Shown here one piece after another: positions 25,818-38,126 of a DNA stretch of 64,000 nt (within the stretch, counting starts at the first letter, position 1; each line of letters starts with the position of its first letter). The stretch covers positions 62,001-126,000 of the forward strand of contig NW_026515683.1 in the NCBI RefSeq assembly GCF_025526975.1, written 5' to 3'. The notes beneath the pieces were generated by a model. It saw only the letters and a program-made list of their open reading frames with translations, made no database searches and was not told the origin of the DNA. A program made the position numbers and the translations under genes. Source of the DNA: Fimicolochytrium jonesii. Its lineage: Eukaryota.

Positions 25818-28742
25818 ATGAATCCATTCCTATATTTGCCAGTGGAGCTGGCTCTCAGAGTCCTTTCATTCGTTGACGTAGTCTCACTATGTCAAACGAC
25901 CCGTGTGTGTCGTAAATGGCATGAACTGTAAGTCCCTACGAACTGATTATGGTGTCCGCAACCGCAAACCGAGAGTGCTTATGGTGCTCTGTACACTCTA
26001 CACTAGTTCAGAGGCAGATATCATCTGGCGGCAACGCATTTTGGAGCCCACGTTCATTAACGGAAAAGGGATCTTCATCGAGGACGACGATGGAGCGCAG
26101 GACTCTCCCGACGTGATTGATTCGTTGCACGAGCTGCTGTCTGCCGGAACCTCGTTCGATGAAGATGATAGCTTGCACCCATCATTGGGCGGGGAGGAGA
26201 AAACGGTGTATGAAAGATTGAGGCCGCACGCTATCGTATATCCAGGGATTGGGATGGAGAGTAGTTTAGCACAGGTTATGAGGGCCTCGACACCGCCGAG
26301 CGACGAGCGCGGTCTTGCCAATCCCTACCCATCGCCCACATCTCCCACACGGGACACCAAGCAGCGGTGGCCCGAAGACCTAAGCACTATAAGATCAACA
26401 GTCACCCGCCCGCATTCCATCCACTTCACCTCTCTGATCCCACACCCGAAGCCCTTCTTCATCGCTCTCGGCCACGCGACCCGCCGCGCGCACAGCAACC
26501 CCATGTCGCTGCTTGCGGCCGGCATCGCGGCTTCATCGGAGGACGACGACCGGCAGTCGATCGACCAGACGCTCGAGGAGTCCGCGCGGTCCTTTTGGTC
26601 GTCGAAGGGGACAGCAGATGCGGAGGCGGGCGAGTGGTTGACGTATAGGATGCGGCAGATGGTTTGTGTTGTGACGAAGGTGGTTGTTACGCCATATAAG
26701 GCGAGGTATCAAAGGGGGTGAGTTGGACCGATGTCGTTGAGTTTCAGCGTCTGTATCCTCATCATCGGGGTTTGCAGGATGCCGGTGTACGCACCCCGGT
26801 CCATCAGCTTCCATGTCGGATTTCACCCTGAACCGGAGAAGATGCACTACAGCTCGGATATGTTCGCAATGCAGAATGAAAATGGTAAGACCCCGGATGG
26901 GTAAGCTCAAATATTTGCTCTGATATGTATTCAATTCTAACGCCACGACCTTAGTCCCGCAGACATTCGAGATAGCTCCGCAGCTTGTCGCCGGATGCTA
27001 CCTACACATACGACTGCATGGCAGAGTGCAGAAGCAGCCTGGCGACAACCTCTACTACACCGTGTTACAGAGCGTCAACTGTCTAGGATTACCCATAGGT
27101 ACGTTTGTTTCCCATCTGCATCTTCGAACTAGGAAGCCAAAAAGTCGCATCCCTGTCCACTCCACCCGCAAACAGGTCTCATCGCCGACCAACCAGACCT
27201 CAGCATCCCCCTCCTTCACCTCAGTGACACTTTGAAGAGCAGCTACCCCAAGCACCGCGATCTCGCCTGGACAGCCAACTGGGACATGGATTCGCCCTCG
27301 GAGAGCGACACCACTCTGCTGCACGCGCTACACGTTCATTTACACGACACTTTATCCGAACGGGCCTCGCACTCGCTCACCTTCCGCACCGTCCGCGCGC
27401 TGCTTTCACGAGGATGTTGGCGCGAGGCCGCTGACGTGATTGCGAAGGAGGACGCGGCGCACCCGGTGAGGAGTGAGAGGTTTATGACGTGGTTTTTTCG
27501 GTGTGCGGCAATATGTGTGGGGAGGGAGATGAAGAGTAGGGAGAAGGGGAAGCGACCACAGGAGGAGGATTCGACAAGCGGAGAGGAATGGAATGTTGGA
27601 GCGGCTGCGGACCGACAGGCGATTGTTCCGCGACGGCCGCACGGGCGACCGGGACAGGTGGGACACCCCAGTAGGTGGCGGGCATGGCCACATTCGATGA
27701 ATGAGACGATTCACGGTGTCCCGGCGTCATTCCTGCGACGGATGTTTGCGGATGTTTGCGGATTACCTGATGAGCGGTTCGAGGTCCTGGATGAAGGGGA
27801 GAGTCTGGCGCTGGTACCTGTGAGGCATTACCTGGAGACGGTGATTTTGGGCGATGGGGAGATGACGGCGTATGAGGCTTTGAGACTAGGTATGTAGCAT
27901 TGGCCTGGCTCGCACGTTCGGAACATTGCGAAAGAATAGAAGTTAGCGCTGACTCGCATTTTTTTACATGCAGCTGATGTAGCTATTGAGGATGAGAGTT
28001 TTGATGGATTTTGGCAGTGTCTTGTTGACGAGCGGGTACGTGCTGAATCTATCAGGATGAACGTCCGCGTCTGATGCGGTCTGGTTGAATGCAACGCTCA
28101 CTGTGGGATGTACACTCCTTCAAGTTCGAATGCACTGAGGAGTTAGGTGATCGATTTCGATCCCACAGCGTCTCGTTTGCGCTGTCCATCTACAGTCGAG
28201 CGAACGTGCTCGATAAGGTGGGTGCTTTCCACCCTTGCGCACAGCCCCATCGATAATGACGAGAATATGATACTCCCTCCTCAGATAGTTGATTGCCTCC
28301 TGACACTGGGTCAATTCTACCCGGCTGTGCGCCTGCTTCAAGTCACTCTCGGCAATCCGCTTCAAAATATACCACCTCAGGGTCTGATGAACGGCGGTCC
28401 AACAAACCTTATTAACAATTCACAACAATACTTCAGTGGGCTCGTCCGACAAGTCAAAGAACGCCAGGGGCCAACAGCAGCTGCCACGTTTTCGATTTTA
28501 CTCTTGAGGTACAGTACAACGTGGGCCCGACCCACCAACGCGTAAGGTACATCCAACATTGTGTATATCCTGACACCAATCTTTATAGGGAGGATCCATC
28601 GATAGCTACCCGTGACATGATCCGCCAGGCTCTGGGCATCACTTCGCATACAGAGCATCTGAACAGTGCGGATGAACTGAGCGAGTGGTTGCGTACGCGT
28701 GCTGTCACTTTCAATTGGCCGGAAGCTGACGCGGAGGCGTGA
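25818..28742 (+). CDS. F-box protein with At4g00755-like beta domain and a C-terminal clathrin-heavy-chain linker-like module; 9 exons
   Basis: Exons 25818-25927, 26007-26717, 26778-26884, 26955-27098, 27176-27889, 27974-28035, 28125-28217, 28285-28508, 28589-28742 all join in phase. F-box: LPVELALRVLSFVDVVSLCQTTRVCRKW. Middle domain: FWSSKG..EWLTY..PYKARYQRGMPVYAPRSI..LHGRVQKQPGDNLYY. C-terminal module: FECTEELGD..ALSIYSRANVLDKIVDCL. Confidence 0.82.
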
Positions 28743-28954
28743 ATATGTGCGAGCAAAGGGCGTTTTTCGGTCTTCGGCCTCTCTTCGGTATATTTCTCAT
28801 TTCGTCAGCGTTTGTTTGCTGATGGTTCTGCAAACGGTCGGTGATAGCTATGTCGCCTCAATGATACCCATCTGAACCCCCCTGGCTCGCGATCAACTGC
28901 TGTACGCCTCCTCCTCGTCCAACTTCGCTGCTGCCACGTCCAAGTCATCTCAGC

Positions 28955-29465
28955 TCAACACCAGAGCATAGCCACCCACCCGGCTAGGTAGAACAGCCCG
29001 CCTAACGGAGTGACCGGGCCCAGCAATCGTGAATACTTCCTCTGCGTATCCAACACGAGCAGATATATAGACCCACTAAAGAGCAGGTTTCCGACTCCAA
29101 ACAAGTATCCGGCAACCGGCGACGATGTCCTGCTGCTGAGAGCGTTCGGAGGGACGTTGGCGCCACCGTTTCGAGTTAACACGCGTTGGGAGACGTACAG
29201 CATAGCCAAGGTATGCACGAGATGATAGGTGGCTGCCGTCCTCCAATTTGCCATGCGTTGAGCGGCGTCGACCACGGGGACGACGGAGAGTTTGCGTTGG
29301 AGGCCATGAGCGCCGAATGCTCCAAGGGCTACGCCCGTGAAGCCGGAGAAGGCACCCACGGTGTTGAGGAATTCGCTCGCTGTCGCCGAGAGCACTACTC
29401 ATGAGATTTGACACATGTGGCATATATGTCAAAGTTGAGGACTTACGTGAATAGCCGAAAGGCAT
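28955..29465 (-). CDS. DUF423/TMEM256-family membrane protein; short first exon then an intron
   Basis: GAFSGFTGVALGAFGAHGL, WRTAATYHLVH, GNLLFSGSIYLL, LGPVTPLGGLFYLAGW. Confidence 0.92.
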
Positions 29466-29867
29466 TTTGCTACTGTTGAGGTGTTTATGTGGGCTCAAAG
29501 CGCTTAGCGTCCGAAGTGAATAGTGCCTTTTTTTGATAGTCTTCCTTTCTGGTGGATGGGGGACGATGTGCACAGCAGTTCAACCTTTGGAGAGTTTGGC
29601 TTTCAGATTGGTTCACTGGTGCGAGCAACATTGCGCGCGCCTCCTCGAAATATGGACATTCACCAGAACATAAACAGGACATAAACACAGCTGCTGACTC
29701 CGCATCTTTCCTGAGCCCGTTGTTATGCTTAGTGAGGTCTACTATCAAATGTGAGGATCGCTGCTTGTAGCGCCGTACAGGTCCCCCTATATTGCTAAAT
29801 CTATGTGTTTTTCCATGTCGGCAGCCACTCGTAGGTTTCCGTCGATGCGTCGAAGTGACGCTTCTTC

Positions 29868-30781
29868 TCATACAATCGTCCACGATGACATCCTCTTCTT
29901 CCCCTTCACTCTTCCCTTCGTCGTCCCGCCACTCCTTTGTTTCCTCTCCTCATCCAGGATCTTCCCACGCTTACGCCCGATTTGTTCAGGAGATGCAGGG
30001 AACTCCGCCTCAAGCTGTTCCTGAATTTCCTCCTCCGTGTAGGTCTTTAGGTTGCGAAGGAATGCGAGCTTTGCGCTGCGTGCTGTTATATATTGTGCTT
30101 GCATCCATGCGATGCGTCGTTCCCACAGGACCACCTTGATCGCTTTCATTGTGCTCTTCACCTTCAAGGACAAAATGGGTGTTGGTGAATTACAGGTACA
30201 GTTTTGGGTTCCTTTTTTCCTTTTGCCTCCTTCATCATTCTGGTAGCCCCCCTCGGACATCAAATAAGCCTGAGACAAAGCTCGAACGGATCCAGCTCAT
30301 ACCTGCTTGAAGCGGTCAGAGTACGGGAACATCAGGTCAAAACGCCTGGCCTCTACTTGCTGTGAGTACAGTTTGTTTTGCTCCTTGATGCACACCCACC
30401 ACAGCTTGTGGAGGTCTTCGAAACTCTTTATCCGTAGATCAGCTGCTTTCCACGCTCGTCCTGAATAAGCAAGTTCATTGCCAAAGTCAGCAACCACCCA
30501 CGTCCAATAGCTCGCACGGAAGCATATTTCTCTCAGCTAGTCGGCGCACCTGTCGGGTAGTCCTTCTCGTTCCATGTCCATCCTTTCTCGTTATCAAAAA
30601 AGTCTTGGAGCCCTCGCTGCGGTGCTAGTCCGTGTGCTAGCGAGGGCCTGTGAATCGCAGCGCCTGTCCGCGTCGAAAGAGCTGGTCGAGAGCTCGCAGC
30701 TGCAGAAGAGTGACATGTCCTGACTGTGGTTGAAAAACACCGCCGTAAGAGTGACGATACGTTGGTTGCTGGTGCTGCCAT
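29868..30781 (-). CDS. MRPL4: Mitochondrial large ribosomal subunit protein uL29m (MRPL4/MRPL47), 3 exons
   Basis: Presequence, GLQDFFD, GRAWKAADLRIKSFEDLHKLWWVCIKEQNKL, VKSTMKAIKVVLWERR. Confidence 0.93.
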
Positions 30782-31174
30782 TGTATGAGCTTCCTCTCCG
30801 TTGAGTGGTTTGTTGCGGGATCGGGTTGTCCCTGTGGGTTCATTGCCGAGAAGTTCCCACATGGGGTGGATTTCTGCGAGGGCGATTCCGCGAGGACACG
30901 TGCTCGCGAAACACGGTTTAATTCGCATTAATTGATCATGGTACTTTTCCATGTTGCTTGCGGAGAGACTGGACTGGACTTCCAGTCGCTGAATTTGAAC
31001 ATTGCGAGACTCGACTTTCCCACTTTACGTTTTCCGGAGGTCTGGAGCTTGTCGACCGTCACCGCTAACTGGGCACCACTCGGTATACCTCCCGCGACGG
31101 TGGCCGTCCTGCCTATACATCTGTACGCTGATTTTGAGACTCTGCTAACGGCGCACTTCGAAACGGAGAGCGTA

Positions 31175-34100
31175 ATGGGCTCGACGCGCAGAATCGTCGA
31201 CGCGACAAGTTCGGACGTGGAATCAGCTCCTGGGAGTCCCCCGCCTCCCCCACGCATAGGCGCTACAGCTACTATCCCGACAACTCAACGCTTCACCGGG
31301 AATGGGGAGAACCCGGACAGCGACGAGACAGAAGATGAAGCCGACGGAGAGGAGGACGTCGAAGAGGCGACGGAAGCTGACTATGAACACCCGCGAATGA
31401 CGAGACGAGAACGAGAAGCTTTTGCGCGGAAAGATCAGTATATGCAGCTTCGGTATGAGTCGGACTTGGAGAAGAAGCAAGTGGTAAGAGATGTGGCCCA
31501 CTGTGTGCCGTTTGTAGGATGTTAGATGCGCTTGATTTTGATGTTATATATGGTATAGATTGGACATTTACGTGTACTAACGCCGAACGGGAGGCCGAGC
31601 TCTCAACAAGACCGATACGAAGTCACGACAGGACTCAACGTAGTAGGATTCTCGGAGGACTCTGACATCTGCATCAATGTTCCAGGCGTAAGTGGCACCC
31701 ACGCCTTTATTGGTGAGTGCCGATTTGCGGTATGCCCCGCCGGTTGTTCGCAATGTGGACCAGACCTTTATTCAGTCTCGCTTCCTGGTAGATGTGTCTG
31801 AAGATGCTGTGGAACACTTCGTCGAAGATCTGAACTCGACCAATGGGACGGCATTCGGCGAACACAAGTACAGACTATGCCCATTTCGGCTCTACCAGAT
31901 TGTGCATAATCAAATCATCTCCTTCGCCATGGTCAAATGTCGCTATGAGATGATCAAAGCCCAAAAAGCTGGAGAGTTGTACGATGTTGTCCCAGCTGCG
32001 TCCGACGCCGATGATGTCCCGCTGGCAGCGAAAGCCGAAGATGTACGGGTGGAACTCGAGGCCGGTGATGTATCGATCGCGGTTAAACCTGAAGATGTAC
32101 CGCTTGCACCGAACGCCGGTGACGACGATGATATTCTCACCGCATCTAACCCTGATGATGCACCGGTCTCAGCCGGTGTCAATGAAGTACCGGTTGCACC
32201 CATCGGTCCTGCCACCCTCGCATCAGAAGCTCCGCGGAGAAATCCGATGCAATTATTCATCTCAGAGCCAAATGAGACTCCGCAGCGTTCTACCGCGCAT
32301 GTAACATCTTCGGGTTCCCGTCATTCCGGCACTCCATCCGTTCAGGCTTCTGCCCCGGGTTCTGCCGCTCAAGCAACACAAGTCATGTCATTGACGGTTC
32401 CCCACACACAACCCATCGGGATGGAGATAGCGGAAACCTTCGAAATCCCTTTCAATGTTGCTGATCTGGATAATGACGAGGACGATAAGGTAAATCACCT
32501 CTTTCGGTTTGCATTGCTTTCATCAAGGAAACTGATTCTGCTACCATAGGATGGCAATCGCGATTTGCCCGGGGGACAAGGCGGCGAGACGTCCGCTGGG
32601 AATGAGGCGGGAGACTACACAGATTCTGAACAACTAGATGCAAGCCCACAGCTTTTGCTTGAGGCTACCGATCCTACGAATGCGGATGATAGCGGAGACG
32701 AAACGGAAATCGAAGATGATGCCGCACCCTCTATACCCAACATTTCCTTGAGGAGCGTACGAAGCCCTGAGGAAGCGAAAAACGGATTTGCGGAACGAAA
32801 CAACGTTACGTTTGCAGAGACTACCCAGGGCGACGGTCATGCCGATAAAGATGCCACCAACATGGTTGCAAAGTCGATGGTTGCGGAAGAGGACGACAAC
32901 AGAAAGCGGTTGTTCGATGCTGACGACTCGATAGTCGAGGCATCGCCGGTGAAGAAACCGCGCTTAGAAACGATTGCTGGGATAAGGACACCCGCCGCCG
33001 CAAAGAGCATAAAACCCTCTCAATTGGATGTGGTGCCGATGGAAATCGACCATGTCGATCCCATACAGACCGCTGTACCTGTGCCGCTGCCTCCGTCCCT
33101 ACAACCGACGGACACCGAAGATTTGAGCGTTGTACCAGTCTCCAAATACCCTGTCCGACGGCGGAGAAACCGGATAGCTGACGAAGAAGATACGGAATCG
33201 GAACGTGTGGCCTCTACAAAAAGTCTGCCTGCTGCTGCAGAGGTGAAGCCACAATCGCTCCCTATGGATTCCCAGGCGGGGCTCTTCGAAGAAAGAAACA
33301 GCATTGCACCAGTTGTTGGTCTGAACGCAATAAGCAGTGCCTCTGAGAAGCAGAGTGCGGCAGAAGAGAAGGTCAAGGTTTCGTCGAGCAGGTCTTCTCG
33401 TGCGGAAAGCACGAAAGACAAGCCCGGTGCCTTCGGGGACGATCAAGGGACCACAGACATGGAAATCGATAGCAAAGCTGACCTGCCAGAACCAATACCG
33501 GAACCGAAAAAGAGGCCTGCTTCAGCTGTCCGACGGGGGAAGAAGAATGTCGACCCGGTTCCAAGCACAAGTCCATCTGTAATCGTCACAGAAGGGATAG
33601 TGCCAGAAACTGTGTCGCAGGTAGCAGAAACAAAGGCGCCTAGACGCGGGAAAAGGCTCAAAATAGAAACCCCGCCAGAACCAGTAGAAGGGAGGGCTGA
33701 GACGGTGCCACCAAAGAATGGCTCTTCAATGGATGTGGAGGCCACTGCAGCCGTAGTGCCACCCAAGGTGCCAGAGAAGGTGACTATGCGCGGAAAGAAG
33801 GCCAAAACAGTAACCCCCGCGGCGTCAATAAGTGAGGAAAGTACACAAGTGCTACCGAGCATGACCCCATCCACAGCCGTCGAGGCGACTTCAGACGACG
33901 TACCAGAAGTGACATCCTCGGTAACTCAGAAGGCCACCAAACGGGGAAAGAAGGCCAAAACAGAAACTCCTCCAGTGTCAATGGAAGTGGAAAGCACTCA
34001 ATTCCCACCAAGTAACGATCCGTTAACCAACCCTGAAATGAAGGGTCCAACATTCGTGCAAGAAGAAGAGGCAGTACCAAAGCCAAAGGGGCGAGGGAAG

Positions 34101-35402
34101 GTTGCTAAACCCAAAGCTAAGCCAACTAAGACTGAGGCAAAGGCGTCGGACGTTGAAACCGGTTCTGTGGTGGAGGAGCCTACTCCGGCTTCTACACGGA
34201 AAGGCAGTCGGTGAGTAGCTGAACGTCGAGTTCTCTCGACTCTCGTTCATCTCATAGACAACTATCTGTACAGGTCGAGGAAGGGGGTGGAACCATCGCA
34301 ATCGCAGTCGGTTCCACCACCATCCGCCGAGATAATCTCACCCACCATGACTCCCGAAGAAACGGGCGCCAGCGCAAAGTCAAGTGGGAAGGGCAGCTCA
34401 CAGCGTGATGTATCATCGCAGGTCATTGTTCAAGGAGAGAAAACGACCGACGGGTTCAAGATCATGTTTACAGGATTTACTGATCATTCGCCTATGGATA
34501 AGGTATTGTTTCTATCCGACGAGGAAGTGATCTTCGACAAATTTCAAATGTACCCGTCATCCCTGATGCTGTTTGCGGGATCAGATTGTCACAAGTCTGG
34601 GTGGCGAGAGCGTCAGCGACTGGCACAAATGCACACACCTCGTGACAGACCGCATCCGCCGCACAATGAAGTTCCTTTGTGCTCTATCAGCTGGCAAGAT
34701 CATCGTCAACGTGAAGTGGCTGGACGATAGCAAGAAAGCCGGGAAATTCGTCGGTACGTCTTACGTAGTCATACGAGTCAGCTGTGGGCAGAGTATCAGT
34801 GCGGACTAACAATTGTCCACCAGATGAAAAGAAGTACCTGTTGAAGGATCCGAAGACCGAAAAGCAGTACGGATTCACGCTGGCGAAATCGTGCAAACGA
34901 GCCCAGGATCATACTCAACCGCCAATTTTCGCCGGATTGACCTTCTACGCGACATCGTCTGTAATGCCACGACCGGAGGAATTGAAGGACATTCTGGAGG
35001 CTGCTGGTGCAAAGGTAATCCGATACTTTGTTATTTTGTGGTCTCGGACTATGTCTCTTACATCCTCGATAGTGGAGCAAGTCGCCACCACCAAAAACCC
35101 CCGTAGATGACTTTGTGGTCATTGGGCATCAGGCCGACGCAAAGGAACTCGCTTCGTTGATAGACGCGGGATGGATCGTGCACTCGAATGAGTTTGTGTT
35201 GACTGGGTTGTTGAGGATGGAGGTCGACTATCAGAGGTACTTCGTTGGCTTTGATATCGTTTCGTATGATATTCTTGACCTGAACATGAACCGTGCTTTC
35301 TGTTTTAGTCATATCCTGGAGTTGGAGGACAAATCCACATCGAAGAAGACGAGTAGTACGCCGGGCCGAGCGACGCCTGCTGCCAGGAAGAAGCGGAAAT
35401 GA
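31175..35402 (+). CDS. MDC1: MDC1/Mdb1-like DNA damage mediator (N-terminal FHA, disordered repeats, C-terminal tandem BRCT), multi-exon
   Basis: FHA: GLNVVGFSEDSDICINVPGVSGTHAFI..VEDLNSTNGT..QIISFAMVKCRY. BRCT pair: KIMFTG..SLGG..THLVTDRIRRTMKFLCAL..WLDDSKKAGKFV..DPKTEKQYGFTL..FAGLTFYATSSVMP, closely matching recalled human MDC1 BRCT motifs. Confidence 0.85.
33630..34050 (+). repeat. Three ~49-51-aa coding repeats (KxxxRGKKAKTxTP..ESTQ) in the MDC1-like protein
   Basis: TKAPRRGKRLKIETPP, KVTMRGKKAKTVTPA..ESTQVLPS and KATKRGKKAKTETPP..ESTQFPPS. The DNA string ggaaagaaggccaaaacag recurs ~153 nt apart. Confidence 0.75.
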
Positions 35403-35841
35403 AACTTCGCATCGTATTCTTATACCGTCACATGCGATTGACCTATGCACGTCACCAACCGACACCGCTGATTAGGTATTCATTCACTCCCCCCCACCTG
35501 AATTTCTCACTGTAAATAGCATAATCATAGTCCCCGGCAAGCAAATGGTACTTCGGCGTAATAAGCATGCGTAAGTAGCCCATGGATAGGGGCTATAACG
35601 GCTCGAACGTAATGGCACACATGGTTATTAGAAACCACATACGTGGGGGATATCGTACATATATTTCCAATCGCTTTCCTTGTGGAAAGCACCTCTGACA
35701 CAGGATATTTCTGTCGCGAATGATGGTTGCCAAAGTTCGGGGTATTTGCTACGAGGCCGCGCGTGGTCGTGTTTGAGGGTGCGGGTGCGAGATTATGGAG
35801 AGCAAGCATGCCAATGGACGCATTTGAGCGGTTGCTTCTGC

Positions 35842-36948
35842 TCATTTCTTTTGTGGGCTGAGGATTCCTTCCAGTTGTGTCTAAGAACGAGGGATGCGAT
35901 CAGGAACGGAACTCGAACAAGATGAAATCACATCGGACTGTACCTTCAACTGAACATTCGTCTTCTTCAAGAACGCAATCTCCTCCGCGTGTTTTCGCTC
36001 CTCCATCGCTCTCCGCTCGCTCTCCCGCTTCTCAATGGCTTCGCATTTCGCTTTGAGTTCGAGCACGCTTTGGTCTAGTTGGCGTCTCTCGTCTTCCAGC
36101 TCTTTGATCTAAATCAGAGGGCCACACAGACGTCAGCCCACCATATGCAGCTTCTACGGCGATTGGACCAGCCACTTTGGACGTACCCGATTCTCCATAT
36201 CCGCCTTCCCTTGCTCCGCCTGCAGCGCCTTGCGCATTCCAAACGCGACACTGCTCTCGTAGAGCGTTTGGTAGGCCGCGATGGACATGCGGATCTCGTC
36301 GCGCACGCGCAGGAGGAGGAGGCCGCGCTCTTGGCAGCTGATGGTGACTTGGCGGATAAGCTCATCTAAGAATCATGGAGGGCCATAAGCATGCGGTGCG
36401 CATGGGGTAGTCCCGATAGAATGACACTTGGTTTGAGACGAACCGAAACATTGACTGTACAGTTCTCGCCTGACGGGATCGATTCCGGTCTCGCGCGCTT
36501 GACGCTTTTGCAGCATGTGGTCTAGTTGTTCTTGCAAGTTGATGACGTCCAGACGGGTGGCTGGTGTGCTGGACACTTTCTGCACCCACAGCTGGCCTGA
36601 TTCGTCCCATTCTCTATGTTCGTAATTGATGCATCAGCAAAATGCCCACGACGACAGGCAGTCTCAACAAATGAGCCAACCCAACATCCCACAAACTCAC
36701 CTCGGCGGTAGAATAGAGTTCAAAATATCCTCAGTCTGACTCGGCGTCTTGGGCCGCTTGTCATCCACCGGCGGCAACTTGTTCTTGCCACCAGGTGGCC
36801 CAGCAGCCAATTTCTTCCCTCCGCCAATATCCGAGATCCCACCGCCAGCACCCGATTTGAGATTCGACTTTCCGGGTATGGCGCCATCTGTGCGGGATAC
36901 TAAGACTGGGTTGTCGTATTTGACGAGGGAGTGTGAGGGTTGGATCAT
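35842..36948 (-). CDS. DNALI1: Axonemal inner-arm dynein light intermediate chain p28, 5 exons
   Basis: SLVKYDNPVLVS, EDILNSILPPREW, VSSTPATRLDVINLQEQLD..RQARETGIDPVRRELYSQCFDELIRQVTI..ERGLLLLRVRDEIRM..YQTLYESSVAFGMRKALQAEQGK..TQLEGIL. Confidence 0.97.
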
Positions 36949-38126
36949 GGCTGGGGGATATTTTCGATTACTTTGGTCGATCGGAGTGGATGCAACCTGT
37001 GGGGAGTGTCAGTAAGCTCGTACTTCATGGGCCCATCGGCTCCCCTCAAACCTTCAAAAATGCACTTACAAGATCTCTGTTGAAAAAATTCCGATGCCGA
37101 ACAACTTTGCCGGGACAGAGCGGGATAAAAGCTTCTTCCGGCAGACTGCACATGCATAGCGCAAACCGATGCTCCATTCAAAACTGACAGCGACGCGATC
37201 CCCGACGTGACGTGGCTTCGATTAGGTAAGCAGGTTGGAATTCAAGTGTCGGCCCCATGCCGCCCTATCGTCGCTATCGGCTATCGTCCCCGACCGAGGG
37301 TGGGCCGGAATGGGAGCTTGGGAATCTGCAAGACCCAGGCTAAGTCGCCAACAGGCCTGCACATGCAAACTGGGTCGCCGCTGGTGGCAGGTTCCCCTGT
37401 TTGTTCAGCGAGCAGGACACCCACACCCTCGAACGCTATCCCACCACCCTCTCTGTGGCGCACAATTTGCATATCCGCCGCCTGCCACCATTTTCTAAGG
37501 CTGCGGACTTATCCCCGATACGCTTTTGGTCGGCTTCATGTTTCATCATCTGAAGGCACCACTACGTGCAGGTCTGCGTGAATGCTTGACAAATCTCGGA
37601 ACTGGCGACCGGCTTTTGAGGAATTATAGGAACAGCAAGGACGTGTATCCTGGATGAACAAGACTGAAATGTTTCCTTTCCTTCGAGCGAGGCATTTTGC
37701 GGCTTTACTTCAAAAGTTCTGATCTCTACGCTAGTGGGAGAAGGGAAGATTTTTTTCCTTCCATGGCACGCTCGTTTGATGGAATGCCTGCGTGAAAGTG
37801 CTATGCATAAAGTTGACCGGCAGGATAGAGTCCATATATCGGTTGTGTGGGTGGTAGGTAGTCCCAACTGACAGGTTGTGTATGTATATTCGGACGTGGA
37901 CATGGACCGACGCGCTGGCAAATAGGTCCGCTCGGATTACGGCAAGCGCAGTTGCATATGCATCTTCCTTCTCGACTTGCAAGTTGCAGAACAGGGTCAC
38001 TCCATTGCGCACTTGTTGATCACACGCCTCTTGAGAACACGTCCCACACCCAGAAGCAAGCCAATGCTGACGACAGTACGTGCAGAGGAGCACGGCAGTA
38101 CCCGAAACTCGAGTTCCAGTCGGAGT

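Noticed and set aside
27176..28742. A clathrin heavy chain pseudogene
   Set aside because: There is no propeller or distal CHCR sequence and no frameshifts or stops after splicing, and it splices in phase to the F-box exons.
30904..30911. CGCGAAA (SCB/E2F-like) upstream of the MDC1-like gene
   Set aside because: It is a single short word that also occurs near 8202 and 11067 upstream of unrelated genes, so there is no evidence of specificity.
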